From NCBI GenBank assembly GCA_013166775.1, contig JABLTJ010000004.1, positions 105,834 to 169,833 on the forward strand: a stretch of 64,000 bases of DNA, in the 5' to 3' direction. This DNA is from Promethearchaeati archaeon. Its GTDB lineage: Archaea; Asgardarchaeota; Heimdallarchaeia; Heimdallarchaeales; Heimdallarchaeaceae. The position numbers and the translations under genes were made by a program. A model generated the notes under the pieces. The model saw nothing but the letters and a program-made list of their open reading frames with translations. It did no database searches and was not told the origin of the DNA. This document shows, in pieces, positions 51,501 through 60,799 of this stretch (the stretch's first letter is position 1; every line of letters begins with the position of its first letter).

Positions 51501-52884
51501 TAGCATCAATTCCAAAATAGTAGTAATAGTACTCAATTTTGAATGTATCATTTAAACAAATAGATAGATTGTGATATCCTTCATCTATGGGAACAGAGAG
51601 ATTATGACCTGACAGAGTAAGTAACTCTATTAAGGTCCCATTATCATCCCATTCGCATAAAATACTATTAGCTCCAAATGCAGTAAAATCTAAAATTGAA
51701 GCAGAATGTAAGAACGTATTATTATCTGCATTGTTTAGTATTAGAGAACTTTCTGTGGGGTCATAACCAATGTCATATACTTCAATAGCTGTATTATTAT
51801 AATCATCATTTGCTCTCACCTCAAGATAGTGCCATCCTTCTGTGGTTGGTAAGTCTGTATTAGTTTCAGATGTAAAACTCGTATAATTATCTAAATTCCA
51901 TCTGTAAGAACTAGATACAGCTCCAGTTACAGAGATTTGAATGTTTTTTTCTTCATAGTAATAAGTTGAATTTGTAATACCAGTTACTATAATTTCAGGA
52001 TAAGTCGCACTTTTAAAATAAATCTGCATCCCTAGAATTTCGTTATATCCTCCAAAAGTGTAACTATTACTATATTCTCCATCACTTATGACCCAATCAT
52101 AAGTTCCAGCACCTTTACGTGAGGAACTGAGCTGTACCTCACCCTGAGCATCTATATCATTAACTTTGGCTTGAAAAGTTAATTTTAGTCTATTACCAGC
52201 AGGAATAATATAAATATCATTTAGTATTAACTCAAACACTTTCTGATTAGCAGAATTCATATTATCTGGGAGAATTTCTTCGTGAGAAGCTATTTCTGTA
52301 ATATTTCCATTACTAGGATCAAAAATTGATACATTCACTTTAAGAATGATTGTAATAGAATCAAAATAGGAAGTATCAAAATGGGATACAACATGAATTT
52401 TACCTTTAATATTTGTAGCTTCTTCAAAAGCAGGAGTAAACATACTTGATATTGTATATGGAGAATTTTCTTCTTTTAGTGGATAATAAACATCAACTTG
52501 ATCTGGCCAGGTCTGACTCACTGTGTAATCCATTTTGAAGTATTTAGAGGTTGCAGAAGAAGCTTTATTTTTCATATCATCATAATCTTTTAAAACATAA
52601 ACACTTCCATCAGCATCAAGACTAATAAATTCGTTATGGGTAAAAAAACCTCCTTTTACATAGTCTCCTTCAATAATAGTACTTGATAATACCTCTGGAG
52701 GTTTTTTTTCAAACCCATATTTTATTAATGGAGTTTCACCTATAAAATTCTGCGAATCGAGTTCTACTTCTTTCTTCAAGTTCGATTCTTCTAAATCTGG
52801 TATAACCAGTTCATAGTAGACCATTGAATTGATAAAGAATAAAATACACACAAACGCAATAATAGAGTTGAGATTCCTTTGCAC
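48529..52884 (-). CDS. single-pass receptor-like protein: Ig-like ectodomain, TM helix, cytoplasmic longin/uDENN (folliculin-like) domain
   Basis: Signal/anchor; repeated Ig-like units (Y.WD..., G.HNL.I...D..GN, ID...P); TM at ~49080-49150; tail with VILSIFNQRTGP and GFVHAIQLENKKARGGFENLSIIII. Confidence 0.8.
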   Translation of the reverse strand: MQRNLNSIIAFVCILFFINSMVYYELVIPDLEESNLKKEVELDSQNFIGETPLIKYGFEKKPPEVLSSTIIEGDYVKGGFFTHNEFISLDADGSVYVLKDYDDMKNKASSATSKYFKMDYTVSQTWPDQVDVYYPLKEENSPYTISSMFTPAFEEATNIKGKIHVVSHFDTSYFDSITIILKVNVSIFDPSNGNITEIASHEEILPDNMNSANQKVFELILNDIYIIPAGNRLKLTFQAKVNDIDAQGEVQLSSSRKGAGTYDWVISDGEYSNSYTFGGYNEILGMQIYFKSATYPEIIVTGITNSTYYYEEKNIQISVTGAVSSSYRWNLDNYTSFTSETNTDLPTTEGWHYLEVRANDDYNNTAIEVYDIGYDPTESSLILNNADNNTFLHSASILDFTAFGANSILCEWDDNGTLIELLTLSGHNLSVPIDEGYHNLSICLNDTFKIEYYYYYFGIDANSPLISLHNVANDTKQAAGKLIEVIITDFSTNLEINYKWNDNIFLPWTPSVDTIYQTYLPETEGFNNLTVTAEDIFGHFILQMFRFNVSSETLLVELRTMQDESWYQGGDIVEVTISGTNGTVLFKWDDGIFNDGIPFLVSQILTLDGIHTLPSDISFYHYLTILVGDIDNKEHMFVYEFRIDTENPVIDSSILIYNNERFKNTEDLIFILSDNATEIPELIVLISIDGSSNITLNDPYLLDLSPFLDGLHNFTLYVFDIAGNSVSQFIEFYIDSSAPVIIVESIEGLVTLPDASMYVPYGSTIVISATDDDPIFILTYSWDGSLYQIFTDTINLDYSDGEGLLIINGSDSIGNQLELSYILTIDSQAPEITLTFPFEYSSINDYTSLLFNADDISQKSIDLVKYYWDARPETSLEIILDSNGDFDVILLAPYSTGDIATLAIYTEDVVGNNNTYFFNFEVDFTPPDSTLYIFDEDLGEYVDALDYDYITISTELWYDNTTSSDLSIFIYYWNDENGQILNDPWLIESPAQIGLHNLTIILRDCTGEETSPNEIEVVFSFTIKKEGSLTILKTSENSCVYGENITIDVNLKDESMNDLNIIEISVNGTSMSFRNIADYDYQFDFPSSQVNCKGHFTLQIGVQSDFYFGSTNENLSFEITIEPIPLKLALSVSNLEIVEGSTVAITGILTYIDGSPVVGYEINFIIYIFYKSDQSTVEAAREDFNDYTMLNDTTGSDGRAIVDFLLTENVSSIAISASFQGSDILGFVSFDFEEEVKTIKAGLSPVFLYSIIGGSIFLLVLVSLLIYFSTKRKPFEKYLNKIPSQDLMMKLNEICPGVILSIFNQRTGPVPLLSDHSFSYDYAGRFALETENFLLKLCDQAYSTLGFEDIHQGRKTSALNLPNEGLVGFVHAIQLENKKARGGFENLSIIIITQADYGTLLLTYSEYIFQEIDELISSLEVKKSADEIKEQILKIRRRATHVILAAIEETN

Positions 52885-53107
52885 GATAGCATCATCCGGA
52901 TAGTGAGTGAACCCTTTGTTATTGAATCTAATTCAAGTGTTCGACATAATGAACACCCCATTATACATTATAAACCATAGTAAATATGCAAGCATATAAC
53001 TTTACATTTAATTCTTAAGCCTTATCTGAAAGAAATAGAAGAATCCTGAGCAAATTAAATTTTGAAAAAGAAGTGATGATTTACTTTCAATTCTACATTG
53101 TACAATC

Positions 53108-53860
53108 TTACAATTTATTAAACTCAATAGAATTTACTTTAAATCGCACATATTGAAAATCTTCTTGAGGAAGATTCCATTCTGCGATGAAATAGGTAGG
53201 AATTCTAAATCCATCGAAATCTTTGTAATCAGAAAAGTTACCAGTCCACTTAGTTGGTTTTGGTCCCTCTTTAGTATCTCGAGCTCTAGTGGATTCATAC
53301 TTGATAATTTCCCCAAGATTATTGAAAGTAAAAACACCTTCAGCTTTGACTCCCCTATCTCGTATATTTATCTTTACAGAGGAAGAATCGATTTCTTCCC
53401 ACGAAATGAATTTTGCAGTCAAAAAAACACTCGGAAATAATGGTGCTTCTGAAACGTATCTCATTAATGAAGCTTCATCCATCTCTGGTCCTACACTCTT
53501 TCCTAAAGGAATAATTCCATTGAGTCTAATCTTCATTTCTCCTTTTCCTCGAAAATAGAAATCTCTAGCAGATATGGCTAAAATTGGAAGTGGTTTAATT
53601 ATTCCTCTCCAAATGAAAGCAGGTTCATAAGCTAAGTAGTGATATTCACCTTTAATAGAGAACCATGGTTGATCAGGAGATGTTCTGAATTCCCCACCAT
53701 GTTTGAGATTAGCATAATAGATTGCTTCCCTACCTTCTTCTAAAGAATTTCTAAGATAATATTGAACTATTTTAGGATAATTAGATAAATCCCTTAGAGA
53801 GAGTACAATCTTTTCTTTTTGTGAATCTAATGCTGCTTGTTGAAGTATTACATTTTTCAT
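53108..53860 (-). CDS. conserved hypothetical protein (DUF6544-like)
   Basis: P..VQ.YL, G.FR...DQPW, PAFIW, L.RY..E.PLFP, Y..FDG..IPT...AEW; family recalled, not searched. Confidence 0.65.
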   Translation of the reverse strand: MKNVILQQAALDSQKEKIVLSLRDLSNYPKIVQYYLRNSLEEGREAIYYANLKHGGEFRTSPDQPWFSIKGEYHYLAYEPAFIWRGIIKPLPILAISARDFYFRGKGEMKIRLNGIIPLGKSVGPEMDEASLMRYVSEAPLFPSVFLTAKFISWEEIDSSSVKINIRDRGVKAEGVFTFNNLGEIIKYESTRARDTKEGPKPTKWTGNFSDYKDFDGFRIPTYFIAEWNLPQEDFQYVRFKVNSIEFNKL

Positions 53861-53960
53861 TAAATTAAATTAAAGTATAGTATTGAAAAATTTTTTTCAA
53901 ATCATCAGTTTTATATATAGAACAAATTTCGTAAAAATAAGCTTAGGAGCAAAGACAAAA

Positions 53961-56204
53961 ATGTTCAGATTACTAAAATACTCAAAACCTTATCTTTTGA
54001 TGATTCTGTTTTCTATTGGTTTGTTATTTGCTCAAGCAAATTTGGAACTTGCGTTGCCCGATTATCTTTCAAATATTGTTGATACTGGAATTCAGCAAGG
54101 AGGTGTGGAAAGCAGTGTACCTATTGTCATTCGAGAAATAGAAATGGATAGACTCTTGCTTTTTACAGACACAGAAAATGCTTCCATGATTCTAGAAAAA
54201 TATAAACTAATAGATGAAAACTCTTCAACGTATGAAGATGACCTAGAATTATACCCAATACTCCTAAGTGAACCAATCTACGTTCTAAATAAGCTAAAAA
54301 ATCCAGAAGTTGAAGAACTAAATCAAATAATGATCAAACCTTTAATCACAGCCTTTATTTTTGAACAAGCTATAGCTAATCCGGAAAATGCTACAGAAAT
54401 TTTCGATAAAATCAACTACAATCCTGATGATCCCCCTTTTGGAATGGGTTTATTCGAATATCTGGAGTTCGCTTTTCCTGAAGAAGGACGGATTGCATTA
54501 GCTGATGCACTAGCATTAAGCTTTGAAGCAATAGGTGAAACAATGTTAAGCCAATTTGCAATTGTAGCTGTAAGAGCGGAATATGAAATTATAGGGGTTA
54601 ACACAGATAAAATACAAAACAATTTCATCCTTCGATCTGGTGGATTGATGCTTCTAATGACTTTATTAGCTGTTATATGCACAATTGCCGTGAGCTACTT
54701 AGCTTCAAAAACATCAGCAGGAATGGCTCGAGATATACGAAGCAATTTATTCAGAAAAGTTGAGAATTTTTCAAGTATTGAATTTGATAGTTTCTCAACA
54801 GCATCTCTAATAACTCGATCTACCAATGATGTCACTCAAGTGCAAACTGCAATTTATATGATAGTAAGAATGGTCGCTTATGCGCCCATACTAGGTATAG
54901 GAGGAATTATTCGTGCTCTTCAGAAAAGCAGAGAGATGTGGTGGTTGATAGGTGTAGCAGTTTTAGCATTAATAATTATGATTTCAATTGTATTTACAGT
55001 TTCTTTGCCTAAATTTAAAATTATGCAGAAATTAACCGATCGAATCAATCTTGTCGCTAGAGAGAATCTTACGGGGATGTTAGTAATCAGAGCATTCAAC
55101 ATGGAGGAATATGAAGAGAAGAGATTTGACAAAGCTAACATTGACCTTACTGCAGTAAGTTTGTTTGTAATCAGAGTTTTTGTAATCATGATGCCATTTA
55201 TGATGCTTATTTTGAATGGTCTTATGATAGGAATCATATGGGTAGGAGCACAAAGAGTTTCTGAATTAAGCATGCAAGTGGGGGATATGATGGCTTTCCT
55301 ACAATATGCTATGCAAATCGTAATGGCCTTTCTAATGCTAACAATGATGTTCATAGTACTCCCTCGAGCATTTGTAGCAGGTAATCGTATTAGTGAGGTG
55401 CTTGAAACAGATCCGGTAATCAAAGACCATCCTGAACCTAAGAAATTTAGTAAACCATTTAAGGGAAAAGTAGAATTTCGCAACGTATCTTTCAACTATC
55501 CAGGAGCTAAGAAAAGGGTGCTTGAAAATATTAGTTTTACAGCTGAACCAGGACAAACTACAGCTTTTATAGGTGCAACAGGATCAGGTAAATCAACTGT
55601 TATCAATCTATTACCAAGATTCTATGAAGTAACGGAAGGATCTATTCTAGTTGATGGTGTAGATATTCGAGAAGTTAAACAACACGATTTAAGAGAAGTA
55701 GTAGGTTTTGTACCTCAAAAGAGCTTCTTATTCTCAGGTACGATTGAGAGTAATCTAAGGTTTGCAAAAGAAGATGCAAGTGAAGAGGAACTTCAGTCAT
55801 CACTAGAGATAGCACAAGCGACTGAATTTGTTACATCCAAGGAAGAAGGAATAAAAAGCGAAATAGCTCAAGGTGGAATGAACGTATCTGGAGGGCAGAA
55901 ACAAAGGCTTTCTATTGCTAGAGCAATGGTTAAGAAGCCACCCATATACATTTTCGATGATAGTTTTTCACAATTAGATTTCAAAACTGATGCAGCTTTA
56001 CGTAAAGCTTTGAAGAAACATACAGGAGATAGCACATTACTTATTGTCACTCAAAGAGTCTCAACGATCAAAAATGCGGAGCAAATAATCATCTTAGACG
56101 ATGGAAAAATAGTCGGGAAAGGAACACACGAAGAATTACTGAAAGTATCTGATATTTATCGGGAGATAGCAACATCACAACTTGAACTGGAGGAAGCATC
56201 ATGA
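53961..56204 (+). CDS. heterodimeric ABC exporter, TMD-NBD subunit (degenerate site)
   Basis: SLITRSTND, Walker A GATGSGKST, signature VSGGQKQR, Walker B IFDD, switch TQR; ATG 53961 preferred over 53883. Confidence 0.95.
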   Translation: MFRLLKYSKPYLLMILFSIGLLFAQANLELALPDYLSNIVDTGIQQGGVESSVPIVIREIEMDRLLLFTDTENASMILEKYKLIDENSSTYEDDLELYPILLSEPIYVLNKLKNPEVEELNQIMIKPLITAFIFEQAIANPENATEIFDKINYNPDDPPFGMGLFEYLEFAFPEEGRIALADALALSFEAIGETMLSQFAIVAVRAEYEIIGVNTDKIQNNFILRSGGLMLLMTLLAVICTIAVSYLASKTSAGMARDIRSNLFRKVENFSSIEFDSFSTASLITRSTNDVTQVQTAIYMIVRMVAYAPILGIGGIIRALQKSREMWWLIGVAVLALIIMISIVFTVSLPKFKIMQKLTDRINLVARENLTGMLVIRAFNMEEYEEKRFDKANIDLTAVSLFVIRVFVIMMPFMMLILNGLMIGIIWVGAQRVSELSMQVGDMMAFLQYAMQIVMAFLMLTMMFIVLPRAFVAGNRISEVLETDPVIKDHPEPKKFSKPFKGKVEFRNVSFNYPGAKKRVLENISFTAEPGQTTAFIGATGSGKSTVINLLPRFYEVTEGSILVDGVDIREVKQHDLREVVGFVPQKSFLFSGTIESNLRFAKEDASEEELQSSLEIAQATEFVTSKEEGIKSEIAQGGMNVSGGQKQRLSIARAMVKKPPIYIFDDSFSQLDFKTDAALRKALKKHTGDSTLLIVTQRVSTIKNAEQIIILDDGKIVGKGTHEELLKVSDIYREIATSQLELEEAS

Positions 56205-58087
56205 GTCACGGTCCAAGCGGATCAGGAAGAAGGTCATCAAGACCTAGAGGACCAATGGGAGCTATGATGAAAGGAGATAAAGCTAGCGATTTCAAAGGAA
56301 CGATGAAGAAACTAATCAGATATCTGGGGAGATATAGGGTAGTAATATTAATTGCGATTCTAATTGCTGTAGCTTCAACAGCATCTAGTATTGCTGGCCC
56401 AAAAATTCTTGGTCAAGCAACTACTATACTATTTGAAGGTTTGTTAGAAACTATTAGAGGAACGGGTGTTGTGGATTTTGATTCAATCAAGAAATTTATT
56501 TTCATTACACTAGCATTATACGTAGGTTCAGGAATTCTTAGTTATGGTCAAGGATGGATAATGGCTAGAGTTTCAACAAACATAGCTTATAGATTTCGAA
56601 GAGATATCGCAGAAAAAATAAACAAGATGAAACTCAAATACTTTGATAAAACTACACATGGTGAAGTTCTTTCTAGAATCACAAACGATGTTGATACCAT
56701 TAATCAAACCCTAAGTCAGAGTTTATCTCAAATCATTACTTCAGCCATAACTGTAGTTGGAGTTTTAATTATGATGTTTACAATAAGTTGGATGATGACA
56801 CTTCTTGCATTAGTGATTATCCCTCTATCTGGTGGAATAGTTGCATTTATCGTAAAGAAATCACAAAAACACTTTAACCAACAACAGGAATACATTGGTC
56901 ATGTCAATAGCCATGTTGAAGAGATGTATGGTGGGCATGTAGTAATGAAAGCATTCAACGGAGAAGAGAAAAGTCAAGAGAAATTTGAAGGATACAATAG
57001 CACTCTCTACAAATCAGCATGGAAATCTCAGTTCTTTTCTGGATTGATGATGCCAATCATGACTTTTGTCGGTAACTTAGGGTATGTGGGAATCGCAATC
57101 ATGGGAGGATGGTTAGCCATCAAAGAAGTAATTGGTGTAGGAGATATTCAAGCCTTTATTCAATATGTCCGAACATTTACACAACCAATTGCACAATTAG
57201 CTAATGTCTCCAATGTTCTACAGCGAACAGCTGCAGCTGCCGAAAGAGTGTTTGAATTTATAGAAGAACCAGAAGAAGTAGCGGAAACTACTGACCCACT
57301 TAAACTTGAAGAAGTAAAAGGACTCGTAGAATTTAAGAATGTAAGCTTTGGATACGACCCAGAAAAAATCATTATTCACAATTTTTCAGCAGTTGCTCAA
57401 CCAGGTCAGAAGATAGCTATTGTTGGACCAACAGGAGCTGGAAAAACTACAATGGTCAAACTACTTATGCGGTTCTATGATATTAACTCTGGATCCATTT
57501 TTGTAGATGGAAATAATATCTATGACTTCACTCGTAAAGATCTGCGTGATATGTTTGGAATGGTGCTTCAAGACACTTGGCTCTTTAATGATACGATTCT
57601 AGAAAATATCAGATATGGCCGTCCTGTTGCAAATGATGCAGAAGTAGTTTCAGCAGCTGAAGCTGCACATGTTGACCAATTTGTTCATACTTTAGCAGGT
57701 GGATATCATATGGAGCTTAACGAAGAAGTGACCAACATATCTGAAGGACAGAAACAACTTCTTACCATCGCGAGAGCTGTATTAGCTGATCCTCCAGTTC
57801 TCATCCTAGATGAAGCAACAAGTTCAGTGGACACTCGTACAGAAATTCTAATTCAAAGAGCAATGGATGAACTTATGGAGAACAGAACAAGCTTTGTTAT
57901 AGCTCATAGATTATCAACTATCAGAAATGCAGATCTTATTCTTGTCATGGATGAAGGAGATATAGTTGAACAAGGCACTCACAAAGAATTGTTAGCAAAA
58001 TGTGGATTCTATGCAGAACTATACAATAGTCAATTTGAGGTTACTGAAGACTCACCTGAAACAATAGCAATGGAAGCTTGTGATTGA
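56201..58087 (+). CDS. heterodimeric ABC exporter, TMD-NBD subunit (consensus site)
   Basis: GPTGAGKTT, ISEGQKQL, ILDEATSSVD, IAHRLSTI; ATGA overlap with the partner gene. Confidence 0.95.
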   Translation: MSHGPSGSGRRSSRPRGPMGAMMKGDKASDFKGTMKKLIRYLGRYRVVILIAILIAVASTASSIAGPKILGQATTILFEGLLETIRGTGVVDFDSIKKFIFITLALYVGSGILSYGQGWIMARVSTNIAYRFRRDIAEKINKMKLKYFDKTTHGEVLSRITNDVDTINQTLSQSLSQIITSAITVVGVLIMMFTISWMMTLLALVIIPLSGGIVAFIVKKSQKHFNQQQEYIGHVNSHVEEMYGGHVVMKAFNGEEKSQEKFEGYNSTLYKSAWKSQFFSGLMMPIMTFVGNLGYVGIAIMGGWLAIKEVIGVGDIQAFIQYVRTFTQPIAQLANVSNVLQRTAAAAERVFEFIEEPEEVAETTDPLKLEEVKGLVEFKNVSFGYDPEKIIIHNFSAVAQPGQKIAIVGPTGAGKTTMVKLLMRFYDINSGSIFVDGNNIYDFTRKDLRDMFGMVLQDTWLFNDTILENIRYGRPVANDAEVVSAAEAAHVDQFVHTLAGGYHMELNEEVTNISEGQKQLLTIARAVLADPPVLILDEATSSVDTRTEILIQRAMDELMENRTSFVIAHRLSTIRNADLILVMDEGDIVEQGTHKELLAKCGFYAELYNSQFEVTEDSPETIAMEACD

Positions 58088-58229
58088 AGAAATAAGGAAG
58101 AAAAATCCTACGATTGATTCTCTTATAATTGCTATATGAAAGATAATTACACAGCTTTTCCAGCATTTTTTTGACATGATTTCAAAATCTTGTTAAACAG
58201 TATGTTTTGACATCAAATTTTCTTGTGTG

Positions 58230-58427
58230 TTATTCTTTACGTGTTAATTTAAATATAAAGAAAATATCACCAAAAAGTAAAAAAATGCTTACAACAGATA
58301 AAGCTATCCAAGCATTACCATACCATACCATTAGTCCAAATCCGTAGATTATCCCTGCTATTGATCCAGCGGCGATTAAAATACAAACTACAATTAAAAA
58401 CCATTTTCTAGAAGTTTTTTCTGACAT
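58230..58427 (-). CDS. small two-TM membrane protein
   Basis: MSEKTSRKW followed by two TM helices; similar to both halves of 59465..59950; ORF extends upstream to 58487. Confidence 0.7.
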   Translation of the reverse strand: MSEKTSRKWFLIVVCILIAAGSIAGIIYGFGLMVWYGNAWIALSVVSIFLLFGDIFFIFKLTRKE

Positions 58428-58558
58428 GTTATTAACCACTTTTAGATATTCTAGAATTTCTACTACATTAAAAGATATTGGGAACATAGATTGAATTCAT
58501 ACCGAAAAACATCAAATTCACATATATGAAGAATATTTGCATAACATATGTGGGTATT

Positions 58559-58624
58559 TACATTAGTCAATTTGATGTAACTGAAGACTCTCCCAAAGCT
58601 TCAGAAATGCAAGCGTGTGATTAA
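58559..58624 (+). repeat. diverged duplicate of the ABC gene 3' end (58022..58087)
   Basis: 52/66 nt identical, ungapped; YISQFDVTEDSPKASEMQACD* versus YNSQFEVTEDSPETIAMEACD*. Confidence 0.9.
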
Positions 58625-58774
58625 AGTAGATGCTGAAGAACTTCAGACAGATCAGTGATTGTAATAACGTCTTCTACTTCATGTAGATTATAGGGATTAA
58701 AGTAGATGCTGAAGAACTTCAGACAGATCAGTGATTGTAATAACGTCTTCTACTTCATGTAGATTATAGGGATT
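58619..58774. repeat. exact 76-bp tandem duplication of the HAD gene 3' end
   Basis: 58619..58694 equals 58695..58770, followed by a third GATT. Confidence 0.95.
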
Positions 58775-59401
58775 GAAAAAAATCGGAATCATCCCCACTT
58801 TTTGAGCCATTCGAACATCCATCTTCAAATCATCACCAACATGCACAATTTTCTCAGGATTATTTGCATTCATGGCTTTCAAAGCAATTTCATAGATCTC
58901 AATTTGTGATTTATTGTAACCAGTATCTTCTGTAAGGACAAAGATTTCAAAGAATTTCAACAATCCAAACCTCTCTAAAACAGTTTTACAAAGAGAAGGT
59001 GATGCATGTGAGATAAGACCTATTTTCAGATTAAGAGCGTGTATCTGTTCTATAGTTGTTCTGCAATTGGGGTTTAATCGAAAAGCTTTTCCTGTGGAAA
59101 ATTCTTGTTTAAATTCCTCATTAACAAAACTTTCCGATGCTTCCTGGTTAATGCCCATAGCTTTGAGAACGATGGTGTTCAATTTCTTTCTCTGCACGAT
59201 TGTGAAATTCATGTAATTGTCACTCATAGTAGCTGCTACTTCATTTTGTTCTTGCATCCCTTGCAATATTCGTGGGTCACTTGGTTCAATTTCTTTACCT
59301 AATTTTTGAGCTATTCTTGACCAGACTGAAGTAATTGAATGACGACCATCGACTAATGTACCAAAGAAATCGAAGTAAATACCGTTGAATTTAACTGACA
59401 T
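58697..59401 (-). CDS. HAD superfamily hydrolase
   Basis: FDFFGTL, GLISH, K, HVGDD...D...A...G. Confidence 0.9.
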   Translation of the reverse strand: MSVKFNGIYFDFFGTLVDGRHSITSVWSRIAQKLGKEIEPSDPRILQGMQEQNEVAATMSDNYMNFTIVQRKKLNTIVLKAMGINQEASESFVNEEFKQEFSTGKAFRLNPNCRTTIEQIHALNLKIGLISHASPSLCKTVLERFGLLKFFEIFVLTEDTGYNKSQIEIYEIALKAMNANNPEKIVHVGDDLKMDVRMAQKVGMIPIFFNPYNLHEVEDVITITDLSEVLQHLL

Positions 59402-59464
59402 ATTAAGCAGTTCCTTTAGAGAGATGGTTTATTTTATAGTTTCTCCTTGAATGTAATAAAGAAA

Positions 59465-59950
59465 TTATTCAGTAGTTATATCTTCAACATCTGCAGGAAC
59501 TTCAGTATCAGCAATTGTCTCTTTTTTCTGTCTTCCACGAAAAACTAACCTATAAATCGAAAAAAAGAACAAAGCAGCAATAAGACAAATGAGCATTAAA
59601 AACAACACAAAGGATGCAATGGAACTCGACCATTCCACAAGTTTGATACCAATTAGTACTTCTCCTGCAACAGATCCAATAGCGACAACTCCCCATATAA
59701 TTATTTCTCTAATAGATCTCTCTATACTCTTTGTTTTCTTCTCTTTCTGGGATCTTTTTGTATATATTTCATGAAATATCCCATAAATGGCTCCTATTAA
59801 TATTAACACAATTACAATTATTACCGCTATATAGCTTCTACTATGCCAAGCCCATCCTATAATTCCTCCAAAAAGTCCGAAACCTGATCCAACTACAATT
59901 AAACAATAAAGCACAAGCAAACCAATTTCCTTCTTTGTCCTTTTTGACAT
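59465..59950 (-). CDS. four-TM membrane protein (internal duplication of a two-TM unit)
   Basis: Two similar halves, each with ..GS..G.....W. Confidence 0.75.
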   Translation of the reverse strand: MSKRTKKEIGLLVLYCLIVVGSGFGLFGGIIGWAWHSRSYIAVIIVIVLILIGAIYGIFHEIYTKRSQKEKKTKSIERSIREIIIWGVVAIGSVAGEVLIGIKLVEWSSSIASFVLFLMLICLIAALFFFSIYRLVFRGRQKKETIADTEVPADVEDITTE

Positions 59951-60102
59951 AATTTTTCTCCTCTTGCTAAATAGTACTTTTTATCGTTCAAATTTAAAAA
60001 ACTTCTTACTCCATTTAAAAGAATCTGGAAAATAAAAATGATTATTAGAAGTTTATGCACTGATTTTTTTTCTGGATTTTCTCAATAGAACTACTTCTTT
60101 AT

Positions 60103-60750
60103 TTATTTAATTGATAGTACTTTTTTTGAGTATTCTGTAATAATTTTGCTTATTAGTTCAGTATCAATTCCTTCTTTCTTCTGTTTATAGAGAGCTTTCA
60201 TGAGCATTTCTACTGGAACTTTGGGAAAATTCTCCATCTTCCAGTTGAAGTATTCCAAAGGAACCAAAAGCTTGTCATATTGATCTATGAACGGATTCCT
60301 CATTGCCTTAAGATTAAAAATTCGAACTAGCCATACAAGAAAATCCATTTCTTTCGCAGCAAAACCTCCTGTACCTAACATGATGGTAGCGTCTAGATTC
60401 CCCCCTTTGTTGACTAGATAATCAAAAATAGTTCCCCCACCTAAGGAAATACCTAAACCGATTACTGTTTGATATTTCTCCTTAAGCTCTTCTATGTATT
60501 TTCTTCCAAAGTCATAAAATAGATCAGCTGATTCAGCGCTGCATAATAATTCAGAGTTTACACCATGTAAGGGTAGTAAAGGAGCTTTAACATCAACTCC
60601 TAGTTCAGCTATTTTTTCAGTCCAATCTTTCAACTCAAAGGGAGCTGCAGATAATCCGTGAAATAAAAAAACGCAAGTAGTAGAATTGTTTTCTATAATT
60701 ATATCATCGGAGAATTTACTCTTGAGCATGACAAGAATGTAATTTGTCAC
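60103..60750 (-). pseudogene. carboxylesterase-like alpha/beta hydrolase, C-terminally truncated
   Basis: LFHGL, APLLPLHG and GISLGG are present, but the ORF ends before the strand carrying the catalytic Asp and before the His. Confidence 0.6.
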
Positions 60751-60799
60751 ACTATCTTTATAATTTGCTATTTGCAGATAGTAATGCTAAAGTGATATT

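Noticed and set aside
39376-52935. Alternative genetic code or selenocysteine to explain the in-frame stops
   Set aside because: The internal stops are mixed (TAA and TGA), all three stop codons terminate normal genes here, the TGAs are not at Cys-like positions, and no SECIS was recognised.
58619-58774. Possible CRISPR array
   Set aside because: Only two abutting 76-bp copies of coding sequence, with no spacers and no cas genes.
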